32,000 nucleotides of DNA, taken from the NCBI GenBank assembly GCA_964648855.1, contig CAZYLT010000004.1:203684-235683 (forward strand), in the 5' to 3' direction. The position numbers and the translations under genes are program-made. Position 1 is the first letter of the stretch; the number at the start of each line of letters is the position of its first letter. Under the pieces are notes generated by a model. It did no database searches, had not been told where the DNA came from, and was given only the letters and a program-made list of their open reading frames with translations. This stretch comes from an uncultured archaeon (lineage in GTDB: Archaea; Asgardarchaeota; Thorarchaeia; Thorarchaeales; Thorarchaeaceae). This document shows positions 7,742 to 16,493 of this stretch, piece after piece.

Positions 7742-10084
7742 ATGAAGGAAACTCTCGGTGATGTAGAAGAAATCACATCCGAAGAACACTACGTTGAAAT
7801 TCATTGTGAGAATGGAAGTGCAAGAGTTACTATCGTAACCCCCAAGATTGTTCGGCTTCAAATGACTACGACTGATGTTTACAGACATTTCGACTCATAC
7901 GCAGTTAAAGGGCCACTCCCGGAAGGGAATTTCCTATTCGAAGAAGGTGAGGTTTCCAAAATAGCAACGGGAGAACTTACTCTGGAAGTCGGAAAAACTC
8001 CCTTCAGCTTCAGAGTACTAGACAAGTCCGGCAAAACAATCCAAGAAGATGCTGAATCAGGGGGCATGCATTGGAAGGGCAAATCCTTTACCGTAACGAA
8101 GCGAATGAAGAAGAATACCTGCTTCTATGGAATGGGTGAGAAAGCACATGGACTCAATAAGCGAGGCCTCCGCTATGTAATGTGGAACACTGATAACCCG
8201 GACTATGATTCTGAGTCAGATCCCCTGTATCAGAGTATTCCTTTCTTCATAGTCTTGGATGATGACATGGCATATGGTGTCTTCTTAGACAACACGTACA
8301 AAACATGGTTTGATTTCGGACGTACTATAGCTGGCTCATATGCATTTGGCGCTCCTGATGGTCCAGTCGACTACTACATATTCTACGGCCCAACAATCCA
8401 GGATGTTATCGAAGGTTACACCAAAATCACAGGGAAACCACACTTCATTCCCAAGTGGGCCTTGGGACATCAGCACTCACGTTGGATGGAATATGAGTCA
8501 GATGAAGATATCTTGAAAGTGGCCCGCGGTCTGAGGGAACACAAGATTCCATGTGACACAATAGTATTAGATATCCTGTATATGGATCAATTCAAGATAT
8601 TCACATGGGACCCCGAAGTATTTCCCAACCCGCGGAAATTATCAAACCAGCTTTCCGAGAGGGGTTTTAAGACTATGACTATAATTGACCCAGGCGTAAA
8701 GAAAGAAGAAGGCTATTTCGTATTCGATGAAGGGGTCAAGAAGGATTATTTCCTGAAGAAAGAAGACGGCTCCTTGTTTGTCGGTCTTGTTTGGCCTGGC
8801 TTGACAGTATTCCCTGTATTTTCAAGGCAGGAAGTCAGGAACTGGTTTGGAATCTACTATCAGAAGCAACCCAAATGGGGGGTTAGTAATAGCAGCTGGA
8901 TAGATATGAACGAACCTAGTGTGCATGAAGGTCTTCAAAATGAATACTCCATCTCTGAGGCTGTCACTAAGGAGGGAGAACCTTGGGAACCACGTCTACG
9001 AAATGTCTACGGTCTTTGCATGGCAGAGGCTGCTTTCTACGGATTAAGAGAAGCGTATCCCGGAGAGAGACCCTTCCTTCTGACACGTTCAGGGTTTGCA
9101 GGTTATCAGCGATACTCGGCTACCTGGACAGGCGATAATAAGTCCACCTGGGAATATCTTCGCCTGTCCATCCCCATGATTCTGAATCTGGGTCTATCTG
9201 GAGTACCATTCAGTGGTGCCGACATTGGTGGTTTTGGTGGGGACGTCACTGCTGAGTTATTGGCACGTTGGTATCAACTGGGTTCTTTCTACCCATTCTC
9301 TAGAAATCACTCCCAAATTGAAACAAGACGGCAAGAACCGTGGCTGTTTGGAGATGAGGTTTCACAAATCGCAAGCAAATATATCTCATTGCGATATCGA
9401 TTCATGAGATATCTGTATTCACTTGCATGGTTGGCTTCTGAAACAGGATCGCCCATCATGAAACCCTTAGTCTTGGAATTCCAAGAGGATGAAAACACTC
9501 ATGAAATTGATACAGAGTTTCTCGTTGGCTCCTTCCTCTTAATAGCTCCCATATTACATGAGGGAAAAACTGAACGCAATGTGTATTTGCCAGAAGGTTT
9601 CTGGTATGATTACTGGACGAGTGAGAGATTTGAGGGTCCAATGTCCTTCGAAGTGTCCGCCCCACTTGATACAATGCCCATCTATTGTCGGGGCGGCTCA
9701 GTCCTTCCGGCAGGTCAAGTTATTCAGAATTGTCAAGAATCTCAAGGTGATGTCTTGCTGCTGATATACCCTGATGGAAATGGAAGTATCATTTTTTACC
9801 AAGATGATGGCATCTTGGAAGATGGTGCCTACGCAAAGACAAGGATACAGGTTGAATCAGACGTAGAATCTGTCTTGATTCGACTGGACGAACGAGAAGG
9901 CACATGGAATCCACCGGCGGAGAAACTGATTCTTGAAGTTCGAGGATTGACTGAAGGTCCAAAGAAGGTAGTAATTGACAATAAGGAGCACAAGGTGTCA
10001 GATGTGTACCATTCGAATGCCAGTCTATGTCGGATTGAACTAGCCAACGACGGTCGCCCCCATGAAGTGCTAATTGAGAGATAG
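7742..10084 (+). CDS. Glycoside hydrolase family 31 (alpha-glucosidase)
   Basis: YGMGEK, DPLYQSIPF, nucleophile motif WIDMNEP, acid/base motif WTGDN, GADIGGF and RNH. Confidence 0.95.
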   Translation: MKETLGDVEEITSEEHYVEIHCENGSARVTIVTPKIVRLQMTTTDVYRHFDSYAVKGPLPEGNFLFEEGEVSKIATGELTLEVGKTPFSFRVLDKSGKTIQEDAESGGMHWKGKSFTVTKRMKKNTCFYGMGEKAHGLNKRGLRYVMWNTDNPDYDSESDPLYQSIPFFIVLDDDMAYGVFLDNTYKTWFDFGRTIAGSYAFGAPDGPVDYYIFYGPTIQDVIEGYTKITGKPHFIPKWALGHQHSRWMEYESDEDILKVARGLREHKIPCDTIVLDILYMDQFKIFTWDPEVFPNPRKLSNQLSERGFKTMTIIDPGVKKEEGYFVFDEGVKKDYFLKKEDGSLFVGLVWPGLTVFPVFSRQEVRNWFGIYYQKQPKWGVSNSSWIDMNEPSVHEGLQNEYSISEAVTKEGEPWEPRLRNVYGLCMAEAAFYGLREAYPGERPFLLTRSGFAGYQRYSATWTGDNKSTWEYLRLSIPMILNLGLSGVPFSGADIGGFGGDVTAELLARWYQLGSFYPFSRNHSQIETRRQEPWLFGDEVSQIASKYISLRYRFMRYLYSLAWLASETGSPIMKPLVLEFQEDENTHEIDTEFLVGSFLLIAPILHEGKTERNVYLPEGFWYDYWTSERFEGPMSFEVSAPLDTMPIYCRGGSVLPAGQVIQNCQESQGDVLLLIYPDGNGSIIFYQDDGILEDGAYAKTRIQVESDVESVLIRLDEREGTWNPPAEKLILEVRGLTEGPKKVVIDNKEHKVSDVYHSNASLCRIELANDGRPHEVLIER

Positions 10085-10136
10085 AGTTGTGCTCCGCTAT
10101 TCTTATAACATGAGATGAGGGAAACCGAAATTACAT

Positions 10137-10213
10137 GGGTCGGTGGTCTAGCTTGGCATGATTCTTGGTTTGGGTCCAAGGGATCGGGCGTTCAAATCGC
10201 CTCCGGCCCACCA
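10137..10213 (+). tRNA. tRNA-Pro(TGG)
   Basis: Acceptor stem GGGTCGG/CCGGCCC, anticodon arm CTTGG-TTTGGGT-CCAAG, T loop TTCAAAT, encoded CCA. Confidence 0.95.
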
Positions 10214-10332
10214 TTCTACAGCTTTTCGGACTTCTTTCCCGTCATTTTTCTTTCTTCGTTTCACATTAATACCAACAGATATTCGACAAAAGACGTAATC
10301 CTTATCTAATACTTCCTTCTCATCGTGATAAC

Positions 10333-11058
10333 ATGTCTATTCAGGCATCCGTCAGAGAAAGGCTCGCTCGTCGTATCGCAGGTGAAATTGCCATTTCAGA
10401 CCATCCTGGTCAAACAATGCGAATGTGGAGAGAGCGGTTTCGACTTCCTCAAATAGAACTGGCTGATTACATAGGAATCAGTCCAAGTGTAATCAGTGAC
10501 TACGAGTCGGGTAGACGGAAATCTCCTGGAACAGCAACAATCCGTCGGTTTGTCATGGCGTTACTTGCTCTCGATGAAAAACATGGTGGACAAGTAATAT
10601 CCGCTTTTGTGAGATTGATGGATGTCAGTCTTGTGGATCTAAATATTGTGTTGGCAATGAGTGATTTCACGGAGAGTATGACTGCGAAGGAATTCTGTGA
10701 TCGGCTCAAATGCAATATTGAAGCAGGGAAAGAGCACCTTGACAAAGAGATTTTTGGTTATACTCTGGTGGACGTTGAACGAGCTGTAAAAGAACTGGAT
10801 AGTGAAGCTTTCCTCAAATTGTTCGGAGCGACAACTGAACGCTGCTTGATTTTTACTAGAGTCAATACTGGACGGGCTCCAATGATTGCAATAAAATCAC
10901 AGGAATTCAAGCCTACGCTGGTAATTCTGCATGGGGTAGAAAAGGTTGATCAGCTTGCACTAGACCTATCTGAACAAATGAGCATTCCACTTGCCGTCAG
11001 TAAAATCAATTCAATTGATGGGCTCACCCGGGAGCTGCATTCGATAAAACCAGATTAG
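10333..11058 (+). CDS. Conserved archaeal XRE-HTH transcriptional regulator (COG1709-like)
   Basis: RIAGEI..S..PG..MR.WRE.F...Q.ELA...GISPSVISDYESGRRKSPG, with C-terminal LIFT.V.TGR.PMIAI. Confidence 0.85.
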   Translation: MSIQASVRERLARRIAGEIAISDHPGQTMRMWRERFRLPQIELADYIGISPSVISDYESGRRKSPGTATIRRFVMALLALDEKHGGQVISAFVRLMDVSLVDLNIVLAMSDFTESMTAKEFCDRLKCNIEAGKEHLDKEIFGYTLVDVERAVKELDSEAFLKLFGATTERCLIFTRVNTGRAPMIAIKSQEFKPTLVILHGVEKVDQLALDLSEQMSIPLAVSKINSIDGLTRELHSIKPD

Positions 11059-11969
11059 CTCAGCATCATGCTGAGAATAGCCATTCTGGTGACGACACCG
11101 CTATACACTTGTTCGAAGTACTTAGCTTGAGGTGTTGAATCTACTTCTGGACTAAGCTCATCAACTCTTGGTAATGGATGAAGAATAATAGCGTCCTTAG
11201 GCATAAGTGATACATCTTCCATCCCAATCCTAAACTTCCCTTTTATAGCCTCATATTCTCTAATATCTGGAAAACGTTCTTTCTGAATGCGTGTCATATA
11301 TACAACATCTGCATCCTTTATTGCAGCTTCAATTGAATCCACCTCTTCTACCTCAATGCCCTTTTCCATCATTTCTTCAATTATGGCTGGTTTCATCCTG
11401 AGGGAATCTGGTGCAGCTAGTTTGATGGCAACATCATAGTTTGACAATCCCATTCCCAGCGAGTGAACAGTCCTTCCGTATCTAAGGTCGCCACAAAGCG
11501 AAATACGTAGACTGTCAATACCACCTTTGAATTTAGCAATCGAATAGAGGTCGAGCAACGCTTGTGTTGGATGCTCTTCCGATCCGCTTCCTGCATTTAT
11601 GACTGGAATACTTGAGAATTCCGAGGCAACCCGCGCAGATCCATCTAGGGGATGACGAATCACTATTACATCTGCGTATTTTTCAACAGTTCTGATTGTG
11701 TCAGCTAAGGTCTCTCCCTTGCCGCCTGCACTTGATGAAACGACATCGGCGAAGCCCAGTACTCCTCCCCCGAGTCTAATCATGGCGCTTTCGAAGGACA
11801 ATCGGGTTCTTGTAGATGCCTCGAAAAACAGGCATGCCATTATTTTTCCCTTTAGTTCATCGCTTCTTTTTCTTGCGACGGCTTCCATCTCTGATGCTTT
11901 TCCAATTATCCGGTCAATGCCATCTCGGTCTAGGTCCTGTATGCTAATCAGGTTATTGAGCCATTTCAT
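11055..11969 (-). CDS. pyrB: Aspartate carbamoyltransferase catalytic subunit
   Basis: FFEASTRTRLSFE, KGETLADT, HPTQALLD, GDLRYGRTVHSL, RIQKER and HPLPR. Confidence 0.97.
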   Translation of the reverse strand: MKWLNNLISIQDLDRDGIDRIIGKASEMEAVARKRSDELKGKIMACLFFEASTRTRLSFESAMIRLGGGVLGFADVVSSSAGGKGETLADTIRTVEKYADVIVIRHPLDGSARVASEFSSIPVINAGSGSEEHPTQALLDLYSIAKFKGGIDSLRISLCGDLRYGRTVHSLGMGLSNYDVAIKLAAPDSLRMKPAIIEEMMEKGIEVEEVDSIEAAIKDADVVYMTRIQKERFPDIREYEAIKGKFRIGMEDVSLMPKDAIILHPLPRVDELSPEVDSTPQAKYFEQVYSGVVTRMAILSMMLS

Positions 11970-12047
11970 CTCTTTTTTTCTCCCACTGACTACGAGGGTT
12001 GGAATCGTTAGTTCCTCATTAACCTTTCCGGCAAACTTGTCGACAGG

Positions 12048-12533
12048 TTACTCGGTGTCTGATTGACTGATTCCATGCTTTCGCTCCATGTCTATTTCTC
12101 GAATCTTCAGATTGGATTGCTGTACGAGCTCAATTGCCAACTCATCGGGATAGCCTTCGATGTAAATGACCTCTTTGATACCTGCGTTGATTATCATTTT
12201 TGTACAAATACTGCAGGGGAGTGTAGTGCAGTACACCTTTGCTCCCTTCACGCTCACGCCATGATATGCTGCTTGGATAATTGCATTTTGTTCTGCGTGC
12301 AATCCTCTACAAAGCTCATGCCTTTCTCCTGATTTTATTCCCGACCGTTCTCTCAAACATCCACCAAGTTCTTCACAGTGAGGTAACCCCTTCGGAGCCC
12401 CATTGTAACCGGTGGACAGGATTTGCCCATCCTTTACTATAACTGCTCCAACATGGTTTCGCAGACATGTGCTCCTTGTACTAACTAGGTCTGCAATCTC
12501 AGCGAAGTATACATCCTTGCTTTTTCTGGTCAT
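12048..12533 (-). CDS. dCMP deaminase / ComEB family zinc deaminase
   Basis: RSTC, VGAVIV, TGYNG, HAEQNA and PCSIC. Confidence 0.93.
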   Translation of the reverse strand: MTRKSKDVYFAEIADLVSTRSTCLRNHVGAVIVKDGQILSTGYNGAPKGLPHCEELGGCLRERSGIKSGERHELCRGLHAEQNAIIQAAYHGVSVKGAKVYCTTLPCSICTKMIINAGIKEVIYIEGYPDELAIELVQQSNLKIREIDMERKHGISQSDTE

Positions 12534-12687
12534 CTCAAACACATCTCTGTGAAGTAGCGAGCCGTCCTAGAATTCCCTGTCTTATGAAGTTCGCCCTACA
12601 TGGCCGTGATACAGAGGAAAGATAAAAAGTAGACATAATCTGAACGTAGTAACATGAATCACGAATGATATGGAAGTTGCTTGCACC

Positions 12688-13041
12688 ATGAGACAGAAGA
12701 ACGGAAAAGTCATTATTTGGCCAGAATATCTGGATTCGGAACTGTCTAGGTCGGAAGGAAGACGAATTCCAAAGAACCTCGGAGCACCTGATGTCAACCT
12801 GAAAATTCTGAAGGAAGGTGCAGCTCTTGCTAATCTTGAAGCCCAAGTAGAAGCTGGGAAAAGACATCCACGCAGTCATGAAAACCGCGGTGGATACTTG
12901 ATTGTGGATAATCCGGATGGCCACAAAAAAGGACGGCTCCTCCTAATGCTAGCAAAAGGAGTTCGTCGCGCGGTGGCAGAACGAATCAGAGCAAAGAAAG
13001 AAGCCGCGAAGGGCAAAGGTAGGCGCAGACGTAGAAGATAA
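12688..13041 (+). CDS. srp19: Signal recognition particle 19 kDa protein
   Basis: IIWPEYLDSELSRSEGRRIPK, then HPR...GG and KGRLL, with a basic tail. Confidence 0.93.
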   Translation: MRQKNGKVIIWPEYLDSELSRSEGRRIPKNLGAPDVNLKILKEGAALANLEAQVEAGKRHPRSHENRGGYLIVDNPDGHKKGRLLLMLAKGVRRAVAERIRAKKEAAKGKGRRRRRR

Positions 13042-13061
13042 ATCTGGCAGAAGTGATTTCC

Positions 13062-13313
13062 ATGCGACGGTTAGGAAAAGTTCTACATATTAGCAAGCGC
13101 GGATCGATCATCGTTCGAACGAACCAAACACCTCCTATGAAAGCGAACGTTGTGAATAAGAAGTCAGAGAATGTTGGCATTGTCAAAGACGTCTTTGGGC
13201 CCGTCAACGAACCATATGTTACGGTGCAGCCGAGAAAAAACATACAAAATCCAGAGGGGCTCATTGGTCAGATGCTCTATCTCTATACAAAGAAACGTTA
13301 TCGCAGAAATTAG
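13062..13313 (+). CDS. gar1: H/ACA RNP subunit Gar1
   Basis: MRRLGKVLH and VGIVKDVFGPVNEPYV. Directly follows srp19. Confidence 0.92.
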   Translation: MRRLGKVLHISKRGSIIVRTNQTPPMKANVVNKKSENVGIVKDVFGPVNEPYVTVQPRKNIQNPEGLIGQMLYLYTKKRYRRN

Positions 13314-13430
13314 CTGTTTTCACGGGTTTAATGTTCATTTATGTACATCCTTGTTACCTCTTTAACATAATTTAAACAGCACCTTCCGTAAGTATTAATT
13401 TGGTCCATGTCATTCTGTAGCTGTTGACAT

Positions 13431-13805
13431 GTGTCTATTTCAAAGGTCATGAAAATGGAAGACATAGTCGACGAAATGATTCACGCTTTCCGTGTTGTAG
13501 GTCGTCGAGGTCTTACCGTCGAACAATTGACCAAACAATTGGATTCCGACACAAACGAAATCGCATCAACAATCAAACAATTGATAACGGAGAAACGTAT
13601 TATGGAAAAAGCTGAATCGAAGGAGGCTCGATACTTCCTGAGAACACTCATGGATAACGAACAAGGCCAGACCGGCATTGGCGACCTCGATGGATGTCCG
13701 TGCTTCCACTGCCTTAAGATTGGCAAATGTGGAATACGACAACCAGACTCACCAGTAGCCTGTCGCGAATTAGATCAGTGGATGGAGAGCTCTGACTCTA
13801 ATTAG
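13431..13805 (+). CDS. Archaeal RPC34 homolog / transcription factor E beta subunit (winged HTH plus Fe-S domain)
   Basis: N-terminal winged-HTH-like region and C-terminal CPCFHC-x5-C-x7-PVAC..L..W, the RPC34/TFE-beta Cys pattern. Near trm1 and gar1. Confidence 0.8.
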   Translation: MSISKVMKMEDIVDEMIHAFRVVGRRGLTVEQLTKQLDSDTNEIASTIKQLITEKRIMEKAESKEARYFLRTLMDNEQGQTGIGDLDGCPCFHCLKIGKCGIRQPDSPVACRELDQWMESSDSN

Positions 13806-13825
13806 TAAGTAGTCTATATGATGGT

Positions 13826-14413
13826 CTAAGCTGTTTTTGGACCAACAGCGAGAAGATAAATCTCGGCACTTGTTTTCCTAGAGGCATCGGGTTTGACAAG
13901 CTTAACTGAATTATATGATTTCTTAGTTGCTGTCATAAATTCCCTGAAACCACGTCCCTGAAAGACCTTGGTTAAGACCTTTCCATTCTTTCCTAAGAGC
14001 CTATGTCCTATTTCGAGAGTAATTCCAGCCAAGTCAAGTTGCCTTGCCACATCAATATCCCAGTGACCGGAAACGTTTGGAGAACAATCTGACAAGATGA
14101 GGTCTGCCGACCCTCTAGTGAGTTGTTCAATCTTCTCAAGTGTTTCTTCCTCAGTTATGTTTCCTTTGACAAATCTTACACCTGGTAGGGGCCTCATTGG
14201 ATTAATATCCACAGCTACTATCTCCAAAGAATGATTTTTTTCACGCAAAACCTGCGTCCACCCTCCTGGACTGCTGCAGAGTTCCACGACCACATTAACC
14301 CCCTCTAACAGCCTATACTTCTTAATTATCTGCTTGAGTTTAAATGCTGATCTTGCCCGGTATCCTTGCTTCTTAGCCTGTCTGTAGTAATGATCCTTTT
14401 TTGGCCTAGGCAT
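13826..14413 (-). CDS. rlmE: 23S rRNA 2'-O-methyltransferase RlmE/FtsJ
   Basis: AKKQGYRARSAFKL, SSPGGW, LSDCSP, KVFQG and KP.ASR..S.E.Y (K-D-K-E tetrad). Confidence 0.95.
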   Translation of the reverse strand: MPRPKKDHYYRQAKKQGYRARSAFKLKQIIKKYRLLEGVNVVVELCSSPGGWTQVLREKNHSLEIVAVDINPMRPLPGVRFVKGNITEEETLEKIEQLTRGSADLILSDCSPNVSGHWDIDVARQLDLAGITLEIGHRLLGKNGKVLTKVFQGRGFREFMTATKKSYNSVKLVKPDASRKTSAEIYLLAVGPKTA

Positions 14414-14417
14414 CTTC

Positions 14418-15620
14418 TCATCTCTCTTCTACAATGTTTTTTACAACGTTCACTGTTTCCTTCACTGTTGCATTGGTTCTAATAGCTGTGGGTTTGAAAT
14501 GCGACCTGACACACTGGTACCCTTTGTCTTTAAGATTCATAATCACATTTTCTTGCTTAGGTGGAGGCCATGAATAGATATCACACATTTGATGTATATC
14601 TAAATAGAATCCCTGTATCGGCGCTTCTTGTGCGATGAGATTCAGCATCAATTTGGATTTTCTACTCATTGAATCCTCATGGTTCTCCAGTGTTTCTGTT
14701 GTTCGTGCGACAAAATCTGGGTTCTGGATTGGACCAATCCACATTGGCCCTGCGACGTCCACTTTCTCTGGACAACTGGCTCTAATATGCTGGAACTCTG
14801 AAGACTGCTTTAATGTCAAAACGGGTATTATGTCCCAGGCCATGCAGTGACTACAATACCTTACAAACCCGATTCTTTCTGCAGCCTGATTCCCCTTGCT
14901 TTTGCTAGCCTTTGTTTCTACCCATACTCGAATATAGTGGTCGGTACTGAGAGATAGTAACGGCGATATCGAGAAATCATTCATTCCCGCCACAGAAAAC
15001 GTCCCACCAATTACTAGTCTAAGAGCCAATTCATGAACAAATGGTGACCTAATAGACAGACCACCGTATTTCCTTAGCGCTACTTTGGGGTAAACTCCAC
15101 AAAGCGCTGGCATATCGGTCGCAGTAACGCCAATGAGGCCTCTGCGGGGGTTAATCGCTTGAATGGCTGCATTGAGGAACGGATTGGGACTGCCAAAAGG
15201 GTCAATATCTACAAAATCGAAACGCTTGCCTCTGCTCTCCGTGAGAAGCAGAACTCGTGCATCCCCTAAAATCACTTGAGCCCTTTCATCAAATCCATTT
15301 GACTCTAGATTCTTTCGCGCAATCTCTACAGCCTCGGAACTCGTATCAAACATTACGGAGCGAAAGCCGCCCCTTATTTCGTTCAAATACCGGAGGCTCC
15401 TAACCCCTGATCCCGTGAGTGGCTCACAAATCAAATCCACCTGATGTGTTTTGCAGTATGTGTCAAGAACTAAGACCGATAAATCCCTATTAGTTCTCAT
15501 TCGCGGATTGTAAAACACTGGCATATCTGAAGTGGGTTGCCCCTTCTTCGAACTGTAGTGCTCCACATCTGCACTCAGGAAAGTGGTCTTTCCTTCTTGA
15601 TATTCCTTCAGGACCGTCAT
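14418..15620 (-). CDS. trm1: tRNA (guanine-26 N2,N2)-dimethyltransferase
   Basis: VFYNPRM..NRD, SGVRSLRY, FDFVDIDPFGSP, VTATD, DHY.R, GPMWIG and RSHF....IRT.A. Confidence 0.95.
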   Translation of the reverse strand: MTVLKEYQEGKTTFLSADVEHYSSKKGQPTSDMPVFYNPRMRTNRDLSVLVLDTYCKTHQVDLICEPLTGSGVRSLRYLNEIRGGFRSVMFDTSSEAVEIARKNLESNGFDERAQVILGDARVLLLTESRGKRFDFVDIDPFGSPNPFLNAAIQAINPRRGLIGVTATDMPALCGVYPKVALRKYGGLSIRSPFVHELALRLVIGGTFSVAGMNDFSISPLLSLSTDHYIRVWVETKASKSKGNQAAERIGFVRYCSHCMAWDIIPVLTLKQSSEFQHIRASCPEKVDVAGPMWIGPIQNPDFVARTTETLENHEDSMSRKSKLMLNLIAQEAPIQGFYLDIHQMCDIYSWPPPKQENVIMNLKDKGYQCVRSHFKPTAIRTNATVKETVNVVKNIVEER

Positions 15621-15755
15621 AAAACAAGATGAACTCAGTATTCACTCTAATAAGGCAATAGGCTCCGCTAAAACCAACGTAGCATAACCTCTAAGTGGAA
15701 ATGACTCTATGTGCTGGATATGGTCGGGAACTTTAGTTCCTGCTTGGTGATGATC

Positions 15756-16229
15756 ATGACGAAAGTAAAAATCAGAACAAAACATGGCGATATAGTTGCA
15801 GAACTATGGGATGATGAATCTCTAAACACTGTGAAGAATTTTGTTTCTCTTGCAAAAAGTGGATACTATGATGGTCTCACTTTTCATCGTGTTGTTGACA
15901 ACTTCGTTGTACAAGGTGGCGACCCGAAAGGAACAGGGACTGGTGGGCCTGGCTATAAAGTACCATGTGAAACAGAAGGAGAGAAGCAAGTCCATGTTGA
16001 TGGAGCATTTTCTATGGCACATGCAGGCCGTGATACCGGTGGCAGTCAGTTCTTTATTGTTCTAAATTCAGACAATTGCAGCCATCTTGATGGCAGACAC
16101 ACTGTATTTGGCAAGACTATTGAAGGCATGGACGTAGTTAGGAAGATTAAACAGGGTGACAAGATGCTCGAAGTTGAGGTCTTGGAGGTCGGTCCCTCCA
16201 TTGAAGAGCATAAACTGAAAAAATTATGA
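15756..16229 (+). CDS. Cyclophilin-type peptidyl-prolyl cis-trans isomerase
   Basis: YYDGLTFHRVV..FVVQGGDP, SMAHAGRDTGGSQFFI and HLDGRHTVFG. ATG 15756 has a GGTGA ribosome-binding site. Confidence 0.95.
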   Translation: MTKVKIRTKHGDIVAELWDDESLNTVKNFVSLAKSGYYDGLTFHRVVDNFVVQGGDPKGTGTGGPGYKVPCETEGEKQVHVDGAFSMAHAGRDTGGSQFFIVLNSDNCSHLDGRHTVFGKTIEGMDVVRKIKQGDKMLEVEVLEVGPSIEEHKLKKL

Positions 16230-16260
16230 TTTACCAAACACTCTTTGAGTAGATAATAAT

Positions 16261-16288
16261 TCTGCGGCTGTGCACAATAGTCCGCAGA
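16261..16288 (+). terminator. Hairpin downstream of cyclophilin
   Basis: TCTGCGG...CCGCAGA, a 7-bp perfect stem. No T-tract follows. Confidence 0.4.
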
Positions 16289-16302
16289 TAAGAGTATCTA
16301 GG

Positions 16303-16433
16303 GGAGCTGTGTGAAAAGTCAATGAATTGTATCTGATTAGAAATATTGGTACTGTGTTATGTCCGAATCCTACACTCATTATTTCTTTTTGTGAGTGTAC
16401 TAGTTCATAGTTACGGACTTTTCACACAGGGCT
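16303..16433. mobile_element. 131-bp MITE (non-autonomous IS derivative) with terminal inverted repeats and a 9-bp target-site duplication
   Basis: Perfect 14-bp inverted repeat CTGTGTGAAAAGTC (16307-16320) / GACTTTTCACACAG (16416-16429), 15/18 matching out to the ends. Flanked by direct repeat GTATCTAGG at 16294-16302 and 16434-16442. Confidence 0.85.
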
Positions 16434-16442
16434 GTATCTAGG

Positions 16443-16456
16443 AAAAACGATATATA
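16443..16456 (+). promoter_or_regulatory. BRE/TATA-like promoter of hppA
   Basis: AAAAACGATATATA about 40 nt upstream of the ATG at 16494. Confidence 0.5.
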
Positions 16457-16493
16457 GAAGGCCATTCGGCATCGAGATAAAGAGGCCAAATAA

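Noticed and set aside
12543-12687. Possible SRP (7S) RNA next to srp19
   Set aside because: The gap is only about 145 nt, is not GC-rich and lacks recognisable helix 6/8 motifs. It is more likely a divergent promoter region.
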